In this document: one piece after another, positions 1 through 13,002 of the stretch
Layout of the letters: every line of letters begins with the position of its first letter
How positions within the stretch are numbered: position 1 is the stretch's first letter
NCBI GenBank assembly: GCA_043228905.1
Contig: JBHGNT010000002.1
Span: 17,794,001 to 17,858,000 of the forward strand
Origin: Azolla caroliniana
Lineage: Eukaryota > Plantae > Polypodiophyta
DNA: 64,000 nt
Direction of reading: 5' to 3'
Notes under the pieces: model-generated
What the model saw: only the letters and a program-made list of their open reading frames with translations
Told to the model about the DNA's origin: nothing
Databases searched by the model: none
Position numbers and translations under genes: made by a program

Positions 1-759
1 AAAATAAAAGATAGCAAACAATTTTTTTTTGATTCTTCATAATTTATCTATTTGAAATGCAAAATGTGAGGCCCGCAAAAGAAATATCTCTGTTCAGTAA
101 ACTATCCAGAAGGTGTGAACCTTCTCACTACTTGCAAAACTAGAGCTTCATGATCTCAACGATATCTGATTACACATATTACAAATGAATCAAGGTTCTA
201 TAGTTGATCCTTGATGTTGGTGGTGCCAATATATACATGGATAAACTTTTTCCTGAAACATTCGAGTGTTTTCTTAGTTTAAAATGATCGAGAGACATAG
301 AGGATGATGTTCCAACAGTGATGTAGAGTTCTGGCAGTAGCATATACCTAATTTGCACTGTTTGAGTGCTTTACATTTTTTTTATAATTCATAAGTAGCC
401 ATGTTGATTGTGAGCATGGTACAGAATACAAGTGACAAGCAAGAACCTAGTTCTATCTGGTGTACATATTGTTTGGAATGTTAGCTCTTTAACATTAATG
501 GCACACTCATGATAGTGAATGTCAACAGAAAATTCTAGTGAGCGGCAAGGAGTGAGTTATATCATATGTGCTTCTTATGCTTTCGTTATATGGTTACTAA
601 AAACTAGGAAGTTTCTGGAATTATGAGGTCCACTCTGTTTTCATTCTATGTCGGTGAGTAAGATGAATTTGTAACATATCGGTTATTTATCTCGCCTTTT
701 TATTCTTAGAGAATTCACTGGCTGTTTATAGACATGCTGATAAGGTGATAAAATGCCAG

Positions 760-859
760 ACCATGATAGGCCATTGAATGAGCATGGACGCTCAGCGTCA
801 GCAAGCCTTGCGAGCAAGTTAAACTTGGTGGGATGGCTTCCTGATCTCATTCTTTGCAG
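760..859 (+). CDS. Host gene internal exon (DHDRPL...GWLPDLILCS)
   Basis: AG at 758-759, GT at 860-861, open frame, phase compatible with the next exon. Confidence 0.88.
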
Positions 860-3800
860 GTAGATCAAGAATCAGTTGGAATTTCAAGGTTTGATGTGAA
901 TTAAATTTAGGAAAAAAACGCAAAAATATCCCGTAGATCTGGAGATTCACCAGAATACCCTTTAGAGAGAGATACTCCTCAGTTTTCCTTATTTACCCAA
1001 ATACCCCTAATTCTTTATTGTTTACTCATGGCCTTGGTCAACCCTCGAAAAGATATTATATGTGTTATTTGAGAAATTATGCTGTCAATTCATTCTGTTC
1101 CTCTCAATTATATGTTCTGTTAGAGAAATTATATGATTGATCCATTCCCTATTTTATCCTGACCAAGGATGTTTTTGGGAAACATAAAAAACTCGGCCAT
1201 TTGGAGAAATAAAGGAACTCAGGGGAATTTGAAATTTCTGTGTAGAATAATTTGTTTACCCATGTGTAGTATCATACTTAATTTCTGAAAACTTGGGGAT
1301 ATTTTGGGAATCTGGGGATTTGGTAAATAACCAACAAGGTAGGAATAATTATTCTACAGAATTTTCTTTGAACTCATCTGTGTGAAACAGTGACTCTGCA
1401 AGAACACGAGAGACGCTCAAGATAATGCAGGAACAGATTCCCAAATTAGAAAGTGTTGAAGTACATTTTTTGGGAAGCTTTTATTCTGTATCTGCAATGG
1501 ATGGTCAGACTGCGCAACATCTTAAAGAGACCATTTGCAAATATGCAGGAGACAATATTTCTACAGTAATGTAAGCATTTCGACTAACTCATTTTTCTCT
1601 TTTCTTTATGTATTGAGGCTGATGAATTTTTCTAAAGTCCAAGATGGTGGCACATATGTCTTTCCTCTAAAGCTTACAAACTATTGCAAGTTCTTCTCTT
1701 TACAATTATAAACTTGCAGCTGTGGCTTCTACAAGGTGTATGGGTCATAATCGTGGTTGGGAAGAGGCTGCAAGTATTTTCTCAGGATTAGCTGTAGAAC
1801 TCAAGACTGCGAATGCTGCTTTACTCCAAACATCTGCCACCTCTTGGCAAGAGGTATTCTCCTTTGTGATTATTTCAGCTAATGTCTTGTCCAGAGATGG
1901 TTTGTTTTGGTGGGGTAATCTAGATTTAGATCTTTAATGGCATCATTTTGCTCAAATGCTCATGATTCATGATTGAAATGATGCAAATCAGCTGGGGCAC
2001 CTGGTCTTTTCTATAGAGAGTGGATTATTTGTCTTTAACTCTCTGGTTGGTGGAAGATTAACTGTCATCTAGGAAATGGTACATGATGTATCAAAGGTAG
2101 TGGGCCAAATGTTCCATGATACCCAAAAAACAAACAAGAAAGTTTAGCTTTTATGTGCCCTTCAATTGAATAAACAGACCTCTAAACCAAATCTGGAAAT
2201 CAGTTGTTATGACCTCATAACCTATGCAAAGGTAGTGGGCCAAATGTTCCAGCTCCCTCTTAATACCCAAAATTTCACAAAATTTCTTGAATTCGGCATT
2301 GATATACTCACCACCATTGTCTATACGCAAACATTTCAGTTTTCTGCCTGTTTGGGTGGTTACAAATGCATGAAAACGCTTAAATGTAGCAAAGGCTTCA
2401 TCCTTAGATGTAAGCAATTGAACCCATATTTTTCTAGAGAAATCATCAACAAATGAAATAAAATACATAGCACCCCCCATAGATTTGGTGGGCATGCTAC
2501 ACACATAAGAATGAACAAGATCAATTACACAAGACTTACAAGACACACCAGAGTAAAAGGAACGCTTCACTTGCTTTCCATATTGGCATTCATTACAAAA
2601 GTCAAGCTTTGTACCTTTAGCATCAAGCTTCTTTAGATTACAAAGCCTAGTGAGACCCTTTTGGCTCATTTGGCCAAGTCTCTTATGCCACAACTCCATA
2701 TGGGAGTGAACTTCAGCCAAAGCAATAAACTTGCTTGATATAGCATTTCCTTGTAAACAATAAAGAGTTCCCATCTTTGTTCCTTTCACAATCAGCCTTG
2801 AACCTTTTGTCATTTTCCATGATCCTCTCTCAAAGAGAATGCTATAACCATGCATATCCATGCATATCCATTTGACCCACAGAAAGCAAGCTCTTCTTGA
2901 TCCCTAGTACATAACGTACATCATAGTATGAACTATATGTACCATACGTGCATTCACATTCGCGAATGTTTCAATCATTCGAGTATGGTAAACACCCTCA
3001 AAGAATGGTAAATACCATACTTTTGGATTAACTATTTATTATGAGGTAAATAAACCTAAAAAAATGAAAAAAACAAAAAAAACCTTAAAAAAACAAAAAA
3101 ACAACACAAGAATGTTTGAATAACATTCACATTCGTTTTCCAACATAGGAAAAAGAATGTTATGCTAGACGAACATGAATTTTATGTACTATGATGTACA
3201 TTATGCAAAACCAGCTCATTAGTGCCATTTGTAGAAAAAAGCACAGTGCCAATACCCTCAATAGAACATGCATGATTGTTTCCAAGGTATACATGGCCAT
3301 GGCTGCCTGCTTTAAAAGTAGAAAAACACTCCTTGATAGGAGTCACATGAAATGAAGCACCAGAGTCAACTATCCATGTTTGGGCCAATGCATCATTGAT
3401 GGTCAACAAAGCATCAATAAGATCATTCTTAGTGATGCACATGTCATGTGAATGAACATTTACAGAGGCATCATATGCATAAGTATCAACAGCTGAAAAA
3501 CCAACACATAAAATGTCCTCATCATTCGACAGCTCCTCTATGACTACATTAGAGGCCAAATTGGCATTCTCTTTGTCCTTTTGGCTGTCCTGTGCATCAG
3601 TCTTGTCTTTTTTCCTATCTCCTAAATTCTTCTTTCTTTCAAGTTCTGCTTTGTAATAGCGGCAATTGGGTTTCTTGTGGCCTTTCCTGCCACACTGATA
3701 GCATGTTACATCATTGCTTTTACCTCTGCTGCTATTTCCCCCTTCCTTGCTTTTACTTTTGTTCTCGTGTACATAGTTACTTCTCTTATCTGCCCTACCT

Positions 3801-6800
3801 CTAACATGTTGGCTGAGCTAGCACCTTCTCCACTTGCTTTTCTCTTGATCTCTTCATTGAGTATGGAATCCCTAACACCATCAAAGGTCAAGTTGGGGTT
3901 ATTAGACAACGAGACTACCAATGTCTCCCATGAGTCAGGTATACCAATGTCTCCCATGAGTCAGGTAGTGTCATAAGCAAGAAAATGGCTTTGAGCTTGT
4001 CATCAAAAGAAGCCATTCTTGAGTCTTGGAGCTGTGATAAGGTGCCTGTAAACAAAGACAAGTGTTCAACTGCACTCTTAGACTCATCCAGTTGCAAGCC
4101 AACAAGCTTTTGCATAAGATGTACTTGATTAACATGTGTAGTGTTTTCATATGTAGCCTTCAGTTTAGCCCATATTTTGGAAGCAGATACCAAGCCTTTG
4201 AGATCTACCAAAATCTCATCAGAAACAGCCATCTTAATATATGTAACAACCTTTTTATTTAAAATCTGCCATGCATCTTCTGACATGTTCTCTGTTTTTT
4301 CAGCCTCCAATGCATTGGCACATGTTAGGTGTAAAGGTTTGTAGTTCAAAGAATAGGTAATTATTCGTATATGTGGGCACATTGTTCACACACCTCCTTT
4401 TTATAGAGTTGACTAATATAATAACCATTTTCTTGAGTACCAATCAAGGTGGTTGGGTACACCAAAAAATCTGTGTCTCTACTCTCATCTCTACTACAGT
4501 CCTGTTTGTTGAACATTATCCCTCAATAGCTGCTCCCTCAAACATCCCTCTTTACCTTTAATTGGTATTAGAGCCAAATCTGTTTCCTCTGCTTTGCTGT
4601 TTTTTTAGATTCAGAATCAGCAGAAAACACTTCCATTTTTCTTTCAATTCTTACAGACCTTTTCCTATTGGTATTTTGCTCAGTTTTTGAAGAAATTTGT
4701 CATAAATTTTGGGGGCAATGGCCTCCACTTCAATTGAAGTGAAAAACCTCTTTGAAATCAAGAGATTTGATGGAAAAGGTTTCGAATTGAGGAAAGAGCA
4801 TATGCTAGGCATCCTCTTTTTGAGAGATTGTGAAGATGTTCTTGTGGAAAAGAAACCAGAGAGCATGGAAAATGATGCATGGAACACTCTGAATAAGAAA
4901 GCCATTACATATATTAAAATGGCTGTTTCTGATGAGATTCTTGTAGATATAGAGGGCTTGATTATTGCCTGTAAGTCTGGGAGAAACTTAAGACAACTTA
5001 CGAGAATACTACTCTCGTGAATCAGGTGCATTTGATGAGAAAACTTGTCAGTATGAGGCTTGATGAGTTGAAAGGTGCAACAAAGCATCTATCGTTATTC
5101 ATAGGTACTCTCTCCCAACTACAAGATTCAGGATTACCAGTTTTTGACAACAAGCTCAAAGCTATCTTCTTACTTATGACTTTACCATTGGGAAACATTA
5201 GTTGTTTCATTGTCTAATAGCCCCAACTTGGCCTTCGATGGTGTGCGGGGCTCTATTCTCAATGAAGAGATCAGAAGAAAATCTAGCGGAGAAGGTAGTG
5301 GTTCAGCATACAATATTAGGGGGAGATATGATAACAGGAACCCAAATGTATGACAAAGAAATAGAATTAAGAGTAGAGGGAAAGGAAAGCAACAAGATAT
5401 CACATGCTATCAGTGTGGCCGTAAAGGTCATAAGAAACTTGATTGTAGATATTTGAAGATGGAACTAGAAAGGAAGATGAATATAGGAAAGAAGAAAAAC
5501 AAAGATGATAAGTTTAATACAACAGAGAAAGCTAATATGGCTTCAAAAGTTATCATTGAAGACCCATCTGGTGAAGATGGTGATGTACTTTGTATTATAG
5601 GTGATGCCTTCATAGCTCATGTTCAAGACATGCAAATCATCAAAACAAATGTTATTGATGCTTTATTGTCAATCAATGATAGATTGATACAAACATGGAT
5701 AGTAGACTCTAGGGCTTCTTTTCATGTTACTCCCTGTTTGGAGTGCTCTACCACATTGGTAACAATAGTGCTTGCAATATTGATGGTATTGGCACCATAC
5801 ACTTGTCTTTGGATAATGGTCAAGAGCTCGTGCTCAAAGATGTTAGGTATGTACTTGGCATTATCTATAGGACAGATGGATTTGCACGGTTACACCACAT
5901 TATTCAGTGGTGGATTGTGGACACTTAAGAAAGGATCTATGGTTATTGTGAAAGGTTGCAAAAAAGGGCACTCTACTGTTTGCACTGTAAAGCTTTACTT
6001 GGAAGGTTTCTTGCTATTGCTGAATTTGACTCTCATTTAGAGCTTTGGCATAAGAGATTAGGACATATGAGCCAAAAAGGCCTTGAAGTCCTTTCTGCTA
6101 TAAAAAGACTTGACGTTAAAGGATCAAAACTGGTTGTAATGATTGTCTATTCGGCAAACAAGTGAGAAATTCTTATTATTCTAGTGTCTCTCGTAAACCA
6201 AATGTGCTAGATTTGGTGCATTCTGATGTATGTAGCATGCCTGTAAAATCTTTGGGCGGTGCTGCATATTTTATTTCCTTTATCGATGATTATTCTAGGT
6301 AGATTTGGGTGTACTTGATGAAAAAAAAAGGTGATGCATTTAAATCTTTTTGTGCATTTGTGACTACCCAAAAAGGGACAAAACTGAAATGTCTTAGAAC
6401 AGATAATGGGGGTGAGTTTACATCTGCAGAATTTAAGTCCTTTTGTGACTTACATGGTATTAAAAGAGAGCTTACAGCTCCATATAACTTGATGTCAAAT
6501 GGGGTGGTAGAAAGGTATAATAGGACATTATGTGAGCGACTACGATACATGTTGTCCACAACTAATCTCCCTCATGAATTTTGGGGAGAAGCATTAAAAA
6601 CCGCGGTTCATATATGTAATCGTTCTCCCAACAAGTCCTTAAAGAATGGAATCCCTGAGGAGGTTTGGTTTGGCAAACCAGCCTCATATGACCATTCATG
6701 AATTTTCAGTTGTGATGCATTTGTACACATTAGAAGTGAGCTGAGAAACAAGCTTGATGCTAAGTCCACCATGGGCATTTTTATGGGCTATGGTGATGAA

Positions 6801-9800
6801 GGTGAAATGGGCTATAGGATTTGGTTACCTCAGTCCAGAAAAATGTATGCAGCCGGGATGTTTTTAATGAAGAAAAATTGCTGAAAAATGCTTGCTCCTC
6901 TATTGGGAACTCTAAGAGCGTTACATTTCAGCAATTGCAGCCATCCACAAAATCTGAAAATAAACCTCATGATGCTATACCAAAGGTTGAGCCAGAAGAA
7001 GTTGGACAGCAAAGAGATGCCCATGAAGGTGATATTGATGAAGAGATTAACGGTTCAGTTTGAGAGGGTCAAAACCAAACCGTTTAAGATTTTTGAAACC
7101 TGAACCGAACCGAACCACAAAACCGTTAAACGAACCATTAAAAACATTCAAACCATTAAGCCATTAAACCGGTAAAACCACGGTTTCGTGGTTTGGTTTC
7201 GGTTTTCAGTTTAGGTCAAAATTCAAATTTTAAATTTTAAAAAGTTTCCAAATAGTGACAATAAGGCATGAAACTGAAAAGATTATTTAAAAATAGTTTT
7301 TAAAATTTTTTTAGAATTTAAAAAAAATAAAATATAAAAAATCGTTCAACCGTTTAAACCATAGTTTCTAACTGTTGAATCTGAACCGAAACTGAAACGA
7401 ACCATTAAAAAAAACCCGAACCTAGACCAAACCAAACCATACCGTTTTAACCGTTAAGCCGCGGTTTTGCGGTTCGGTTCAGTTCAACCGTTGCCGATTG
7501 TTAGAAGAGATCTACATGAAACATCTTGAGGGTTTTGTAGTCCCTAACAAGGAGCATTTGGTATGCAAACTAAAACGTAACTTGTATGGCCTAAAACAAG
7601 CACCACGACAGTGGTATAAGAAGTTTGATACTTTTATGCTTTCTCAAGGCTTTGATCGTAGCCATGCAGATCATTGTTTATACACGACAAAGGATATCGA
7701 TGATAGTCCCATCATACTTGCTCTATATGTGGATGATATGTTGCTAGCTTGGAAAAGAAAGACTAGTCTTGATGCTCTAAAAGATCAACTGAAATCGGTC
7801 TTCTCTATGAAAGATTTGGGAAATGCAGAGCATATTTTGGGCATGAGAATCAGTAGAAATAGAAAGGAAAAATTGTTGTTTTTGTCACAAGAAAAGCACA
7901 TTGAAAAAGTGCTTAACAGATTTAATATGGCAGAAGCAAAGTCCGTTGGAGTTCCTTTGCCTTCATATCTTAAACTTAACAAGGCTGATTGTTCAAAGGA
8001 TGAGATGGAAGTCAATGCTATGAAGGGAATTCCTTATGCATCAACATGTGGTTCTCTAATGTATGTTATGGTAGCTACACGTCTAGATATTGCTTATGCA
8101 GTGGGAGTTGTTGATCGCTATATGCCTAATCCCGACAAAGCACATTGGGAGGCTGTCAAGTGTGTTTTCAGGTATCTTAAAGGTACACAGAGAAAATGTT
8201 TATGCTATGGGAAGGGTGCATTAAGTTTGCAGGGATATTGTGATGCAAACATGGCAGGTGACTTGGATACACACAAGTCTACTAGCTGGTATATATTTAC
8301 AGTTGCTGATGGAGCAGTGTCTTCTGAAGCTGAATATATTTCAGCTACAGAAGCTTCAAAGGAAGCTATATGGATCAGCAGACATGCTAAAGTTCTTGGC
8401 ATGTCTGTTAATACTCCTGTGTTAGGATGTGATAGCTAGAGTGCTATGTATCTGGCTAAGAATGCCATGTTTCATTTGTGCACCAAACACATTGATGTGC
8501 GACATCACTTTATCAGACAAGTTTTGGAGGATGGTCTAGTCACATTGATCAAGATCAAAACATAGGATAATCCGGCAGATATTCTCACAAAAAGTCTTGG
8601 CAAAGCTCTACATGAGCGTTGCATACAGTTAGTGGGAGTTACTTTTTTTAGGGTTAACTAATATAATAACCTTTTTTCTTGTGTACCAACAAGGCGGTTG
8701 GGTACACCAAAAAATCTGTGTGTCTCTACTCTCATCTCTAGTACAGTCCTGTTTGCTGATCATCATCCCTCAATAGCTGCTCCCTCAAACATCTCTCTTT
8801 ACCTTTATCACAATCCTTCAGAAAAAGAATTCCTTGCATTGTCTCCTTCCACAAGTCAAAACCTGTTCCCTCAAATCGTTGAATCTCAAATAGATTCTTC
8901 ACATCGACGAGGATGATGCCATGTTGCATAGTGAAGAGGTTAACCTGCTGGAATTTTAGGTCAAATGCACCAAAATTAGAGACTAACCTCGAGAAATAGT
9001 GCACCACAGCTCCATAAGGTCACAAAAGCAAATTTAGGCAAAAAAACTTATCTCTGAATTTTCTGTGCAGAGAATTTTGGAACCTTAATCTATGGTAAAA
9101 AAAAACTAATGTTGTTGTTTTTGACCTCAGAGAGCATACATAAAGCTAATACTCAGCTTTTTGATGTATATAGGAGCAAAAGCCCCAATTTTTAGGCTCT
9201 GTTTTGCAGAAATGTACGGATAAATTTGCTGAAAACAACTTGCTTTAATTTGTATATCAACTAAAAACAACCTGTTATAGACTATTGCGATGCCCAAGAA
9301 GTTCCTCGAAGCTTTGGGGCAAGGTTCTTTGCAATGAAACTGAAGATTATCGCAGTAGAATGCCTTACCTTTGCTGTACAGCAACCTGCGCAACAGTTGG
9401 AAACCCTAAATCTGCTCTGATACCAGTTGAAAGGGTCAGAAATTGTCAATAGGGCTGAGTAACACTCAGGGCTTTAGGTGTAGCAATAGATCAATGGCTG
9501 AAAAGATAGAAAGAGAGAGGCAGTTGGAGGAGCTCACCTTTCGAAGTGAGATCCAAAAGTTTTTAATTAATGTTTTATATGACCCATTTAGGGTTGGCCA
9601 AGTTCACACTGAACTTGGCTCAAAAATAACAAAAAAGTGATAAGTGACTTTTGGCCTTTATAAATAGGCCTAGATACATTTACACACTATAAGGGGTCAT
9701 TTAGGGCCTTTACCCCAACACTTAAATGCAATATATGAAAAGACCTACGGAAATTACACAAAAGCTGCCAGAAAAAGTTGTCTTATGAATAACCGAATAT

Positions 9801-10521
9801 GTTGTCCCCATTAGGGTAGCCAAATGGTCAGTTCTTGACTTCCTTGGTCTGAATCCCTGTTGTCCAACTACTACCACAGTTTTAGGCTCAGCCCATTTAA
9901 TGATTATGGTCATTATGGTGATATATTATCATCCTCTATAGGACAGAAACATGAAAGTTCAGAAGATTCTACACAATACACAAACTGGCCCAAACCTTGG
10001 CACTGATCTCCCTTGAAAAATTCATAATTGAGGCACATTGAAGTGACCACAAAGTTCATGGACTGACCAACAAACCATATCTACCGTGGAGTAGGGTCAT
10101 TGTCGATGCTTACATTCAACTATCATTCTGTCAAGCAATACAATGTGCTAGAACTCCTAGAAAAGCAAAACCAAGAGCAACTCTACTTTTCTAGCTGGAG
10201 GTCTCAAAAGTTATATTTCACATGCCTCTTAATTGTTAATGTGAATGCCCATGGTATAAGTGTCCACATTAAAAAGTTAATCACTCGGGCTGGTGGCCAT
10301 CACGTAAAATGTTAACCATCAAATGGTGACACTTGTCATTACTTCCGACATTTGTCCAAAGTAGACATTGCATGTTTGAACTGGGAGGGAGTGAGAGAGG
10401 GAAAGTTATAGAGCGAGAGGGAGAGATCTACATTTGTTTTCTTATATAGGCATTTGAATCTGGAATTGGAGGTTGGAAGCTCTCAGGAATTGTAAAGCCA
10501 GATGGATTTGATGAACTATAA
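760..10521 (+). CDS. Host gene, 3' part: histidine phosphatase / phosphoglycerate mutase family protein (At3g52155/SixA-like); join(760-859,1391-1570,1736-1853,10450-10521); the RHA-motif exon is presumably upstream of the window
   Basis: Four GT-AG bounded exons join in phase to give DHDRPLNEHGRSAS...GWLPDLILCSDSARTRETLKIMQ...SFYSVSAMDGQTAQHL...STVMCMGHNRGWEEAASIFSG...ELKTANAALL...SWQEAFESGIGGWKLSGIVKPDGFDEL*. This matches my recollection of the plant At3g52155 family. Confidence 0.9.
1391..1570 (+). CDS. Host gene internal exon (DSARTRETL...ISTVM)
   Basis: AG at 1389-1390, GTAAG at 1571; RTRET motif of histidine phosphatases. Confidence 0.9.
1736..1853 (+). CDS. Host gene internal exon (CMGHNRGWEEAAS...SWQE)
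   Basis: AG at 1734-1735, GT at 1854; GHN motif; overlaps track ORF 1722..1937. Confidence 0.9.
2922..3193. mobile_element. hAT-like MITE (272 bp)
   Basis: Ends CATAGTA...TACTATG; 8-bp TSD ACGTACAT/ATGTACAT; removing it restores the Copia VLHNVRYV. Confidence 0.8.
4323..8810 (+). mobile_element. Degenerate Ty1/Copia element nested in the gag of the minus-strand Copia
   Basis: 5' LTR ~4323-4560; 5'-truncated 3' LTR ~8643-8810; PBS TGGTATTAGAGC 4563-4574. Fragmented gag, PR (WIVDSRASFH), IN (LRTDNGGEF, NGVVER), RT (LYGLKQAPRQW, LYVDDML) and RNase H. RT N-terminus deleted. Confidence 0.92.
7048..7503. mobile_element. hAT-like MITE with AACCG subterminal repeats (copy 1)
   Basis: Perfect 8-bp TSD GAAGAGAT (7040-7047, 7504-7511); ends TAAC...GTTA; removing it restores RT GDIDEEIYM. 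Confidence 0.88.
9428..9720 (-). repeat. 5' LTR of the minus-strand Copia
   Basis: TG...CA ends, directly followed on the minus strand by a tRNA-Met PBS. Confidence 0.75.
9805..9890 (-). pseudogene. Short LINE reverse-transcriptase fragment
   Basis: GQQGFRPRKSRTDHLATL resembles the LINE RT motif QAGFRxxxSTxDHIFTL. Confidence 0.45.
10450..10521 (+). CDS. Host gene terminal coding exon (AFESGIGGWKLSGIVKPDGFDEL*)
   Basis: Pyrimidine tract plus AG at 10448-10449, phase 0, TAA at 10519-10521; resembles the family C-terminus GGWKLxGxVxPD. Confidence 0.85.
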   Translation, partial: AFESGIGGWKLSGIVKPDGFDEL

Positions 10522-11310
10522 AAAGGTGAATAATGCATTAGCACCCATCAGCGTTTAGAGGTTCTCCCAACAATTCCATTATTACCATGAGATGTTTTCT
10601 ATCACATGGAAAAAGGTGCTATGCGACATGCATATACTAACAACTGTGGAGCATCTTGTTCAGAAATATAGTGGTATATTGCAAATTGTTTTTATTGGTC
10701 TTGAAGCATCTGTTACATTTTAATTCAGAATGATTATATCTCATTTTTATAAGCATCAAGATAGACATAAATGAGGGAAATACCTAGGATTCTTTTCTAC
10801 TCCCATTAGTGGATTTCCAATTCCATAATATCTATGCATATAGATTATGATGTGAACGCCGGTGTTTTTCTTCAATGAACTTATATTGTACAAATGCAAT
10901 TTGTGATGTCATGGGGTGTCATAGGTGAACTCTTTAAGTGCATATAGCATATCAAAGCTAATTATAGTCACATGGGTGGCATCACAATGAGGTACATTGA
11001 TTATGTCCGATTAATTTTGACTAATAATGTCATGTTTGCTCTATATGTACAAAAATAAAATGTAATTTAAGCAATAAATCCTCGTATGTTGCGAGGCTAT
11101 GTTTCCTAATATGGCTAAATGAACATGTTAATTTGCTTGCAAAGATAAAAAACAATTTCTGCATAAACTATTGTATTCTCTTTAGTAATTCAATTAATAT
11201 TGCAAGCATCAGTTAGTTGTTGCAATTATACGGTGGAGAGCACATGATTTTTCCTTAGTTATTTTAATTGCATGCGTTCCAATAAGGCAAAATTTGCTTA
11301 GGGATTTCGA

Positions 11311-11833
11311 TAACAATTGGCAATGGGGTCTGGTTTGGTTCAGTTTGAGTGTCAAAATGAAACCGTTTAAAAAGTTTGAAACTTGAATCGAGCAAAACTG
11401 AATGATGAAACCATTGAAGCTGAATTTGCGTAAATCGAATCTTTATAAAAGAATACACACTATATGCCATTAAATTGTTAAAACCATTGTTTTGTGGTTC
11501 GGATTTGAATTTCAAGTTAGGCCAAAACTCAAGTTTCCAATTTTCAAATTCTTTTATTATTTCAAATTGTAATTTTTCAAAAATTTAAAGATTTTCCTTA
11601 AAATGTGAGAATTAGGTATAAAAAAGGTTGTTTAAATATTTAAGAAACAATCAACTGGCAACCCTAAACCATCAAACCATTTAAACCACGGTTTCAAATT
11701 GTTTAAAACAAATTGAACCAAATTAAACCGTTCACTCCAAATTGAATCAAACCAAATTGAACCGCATCATTTAAATCGTTAAGCTGTGGTTTCACGGTTC
11801 GGTTGGTTCAAATTGAACCGTTGTTGATTGTTA
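11311..11833. mobile_element. hAT-like MITE, same family as 7048-7503 (copy 2, more diverged)
   Basis: TIR TAACAATTGGCAA / TTGTTGATTGTTA; decayed TSD GATTTCGA/GGTTTTGA; same AACCG repeats and AT-rich core. Confidence 0.78.
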
Positions 11834-11999
11834 GGTTTTGACGTAGGCATTGATCAACTTCCACCTTTCTTTGACTAAATTAAACCTAAGTTGTGAGATG
11901 AGCTTTTATTTCCTTCTATGTATGTTACCTCATTTGAGAGTTGGATATGTGTTATCATCATTGTTCAAATTTTTGATAAGGTTTGGTCATACAATGTTA

Positions 12000-12600
12000 A
12001 ATAGTTGCAAAGGGGCCACAAAGTCTAGGACTATAATTGATAATGAATTGAGATCACAAAAATTCTTGATATTTATATAACAAATTTAACCACGATAGAG
12101 AATGCTTATGAGTAATTTGGTTTCTCTTCAAGAAACCATAGACAAGCAAGATAAAGAGATGAGGTAGAATGTATGACTACAATTTATCATTACTGAGAAT
12201 GACAATATGAAGAAAATTGTTGCAAAACTTGAAGATGAGATTAGAGAATGTAAGAACATTATTTGGAAACAAATGACCATTTATACAAGATTGAGTTAAA
12301 GGAAGTATTGAAGGAGGGAAAAACATGGACACAGAGATCGAAGAACATTGCCATCCGTGGGAGTAAAGAGAAAGTATAGGTATTAGAAACACCGACATCC
12401 CTCGCAAAAGTCAATAGCCAATTCTTTAGCATGTAGGATGTGATTGTCTGGAGCACACTCAATTGGCAAATTTGGTGTTGCTCGTTCACAAGAAAGGCCT
12501 ACTATATGCACGATGTTGGATGATACAAAGCAAAAAACCCTATCGAAAAATAGTTGGGTGTATCTCAATGCCCGAAGGTTAAGGACATGCACAAAGATAG
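12000..12600 (+). pseudogene. Possible highly degenerate hAT transposase C-terminal remnant
   Basis: Scattered peptides HPWE, ETP, VHKK and WVYLNAR occur in the order expected for a hAT dimerisation domain; many frameshifts. Confidence 0.3.
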
Positions 12601-12874
12601 AAAGATAGGCAAATAGGGCCACATGATTTATGAAATGAATTCACGTTGTGTTGTGCTAGAGTTTGCCTCTCACAACCTCAACACAAGGTGTCTCAAGACA
12701 CACAACTCATTATATGATAGACACCATAATGACATGAATGAGACTAAGAAAGAACACATACGCAAGAGGGAAGGGAGTGGGTCTGATGAAGAAAATTAAT
12801 GATGAGAGATGAGAAGTGGTGATCATCAATGGTAGAACAACGGGTTGATAATATTATGTACATATAAAGGTTCA

Positions 12875-13002
12875 TTACATGAAATGAGGGTTCATAAGAT
12901 TCTAGAATAAGCTTCTAAGTACAAGAAAGAAAAGATTCCTTACATGAAAAGAGGGTTCCAAAGATTCTACAATAAGCTTCTAAGTACAAGAAAGAAAAGA
13001 TT
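12875..13002. repeat. Tandem duplication, 65-bp unit x2
   Basis: TTACATGAAA.GAGGGTTC..AAGATTCTA.AATAAGCTTCTAAGTACAAGAAAGAAAAGATT at 12875 and 12940. Confidence 0.85.

Larger units (their letters stand above)
2250..9720 (-). mobile_element. Degenerate Ty1/Copia element (5' LTR, PBS, gag, protease, partial integrase), 3'-truncated and interrupted by a MITE and a second Copia
   Basis: LTR 9428-9720 (TG..CA). PBS TGGTATCAGAGC at 9414-9425 (-). Gag GILFLKDC (~8811) resumes as ANALEAEK (~4320). Protease WIVDSGASFH; integrase LWHKRLG..CNECQYGK..LRIDNGGEY. Confidence 0.88.

Noticed and set aside
1722-1937. Standalone 71-aa gene
   Set aside because: It is an internal exon of the host gene plus intron read-through
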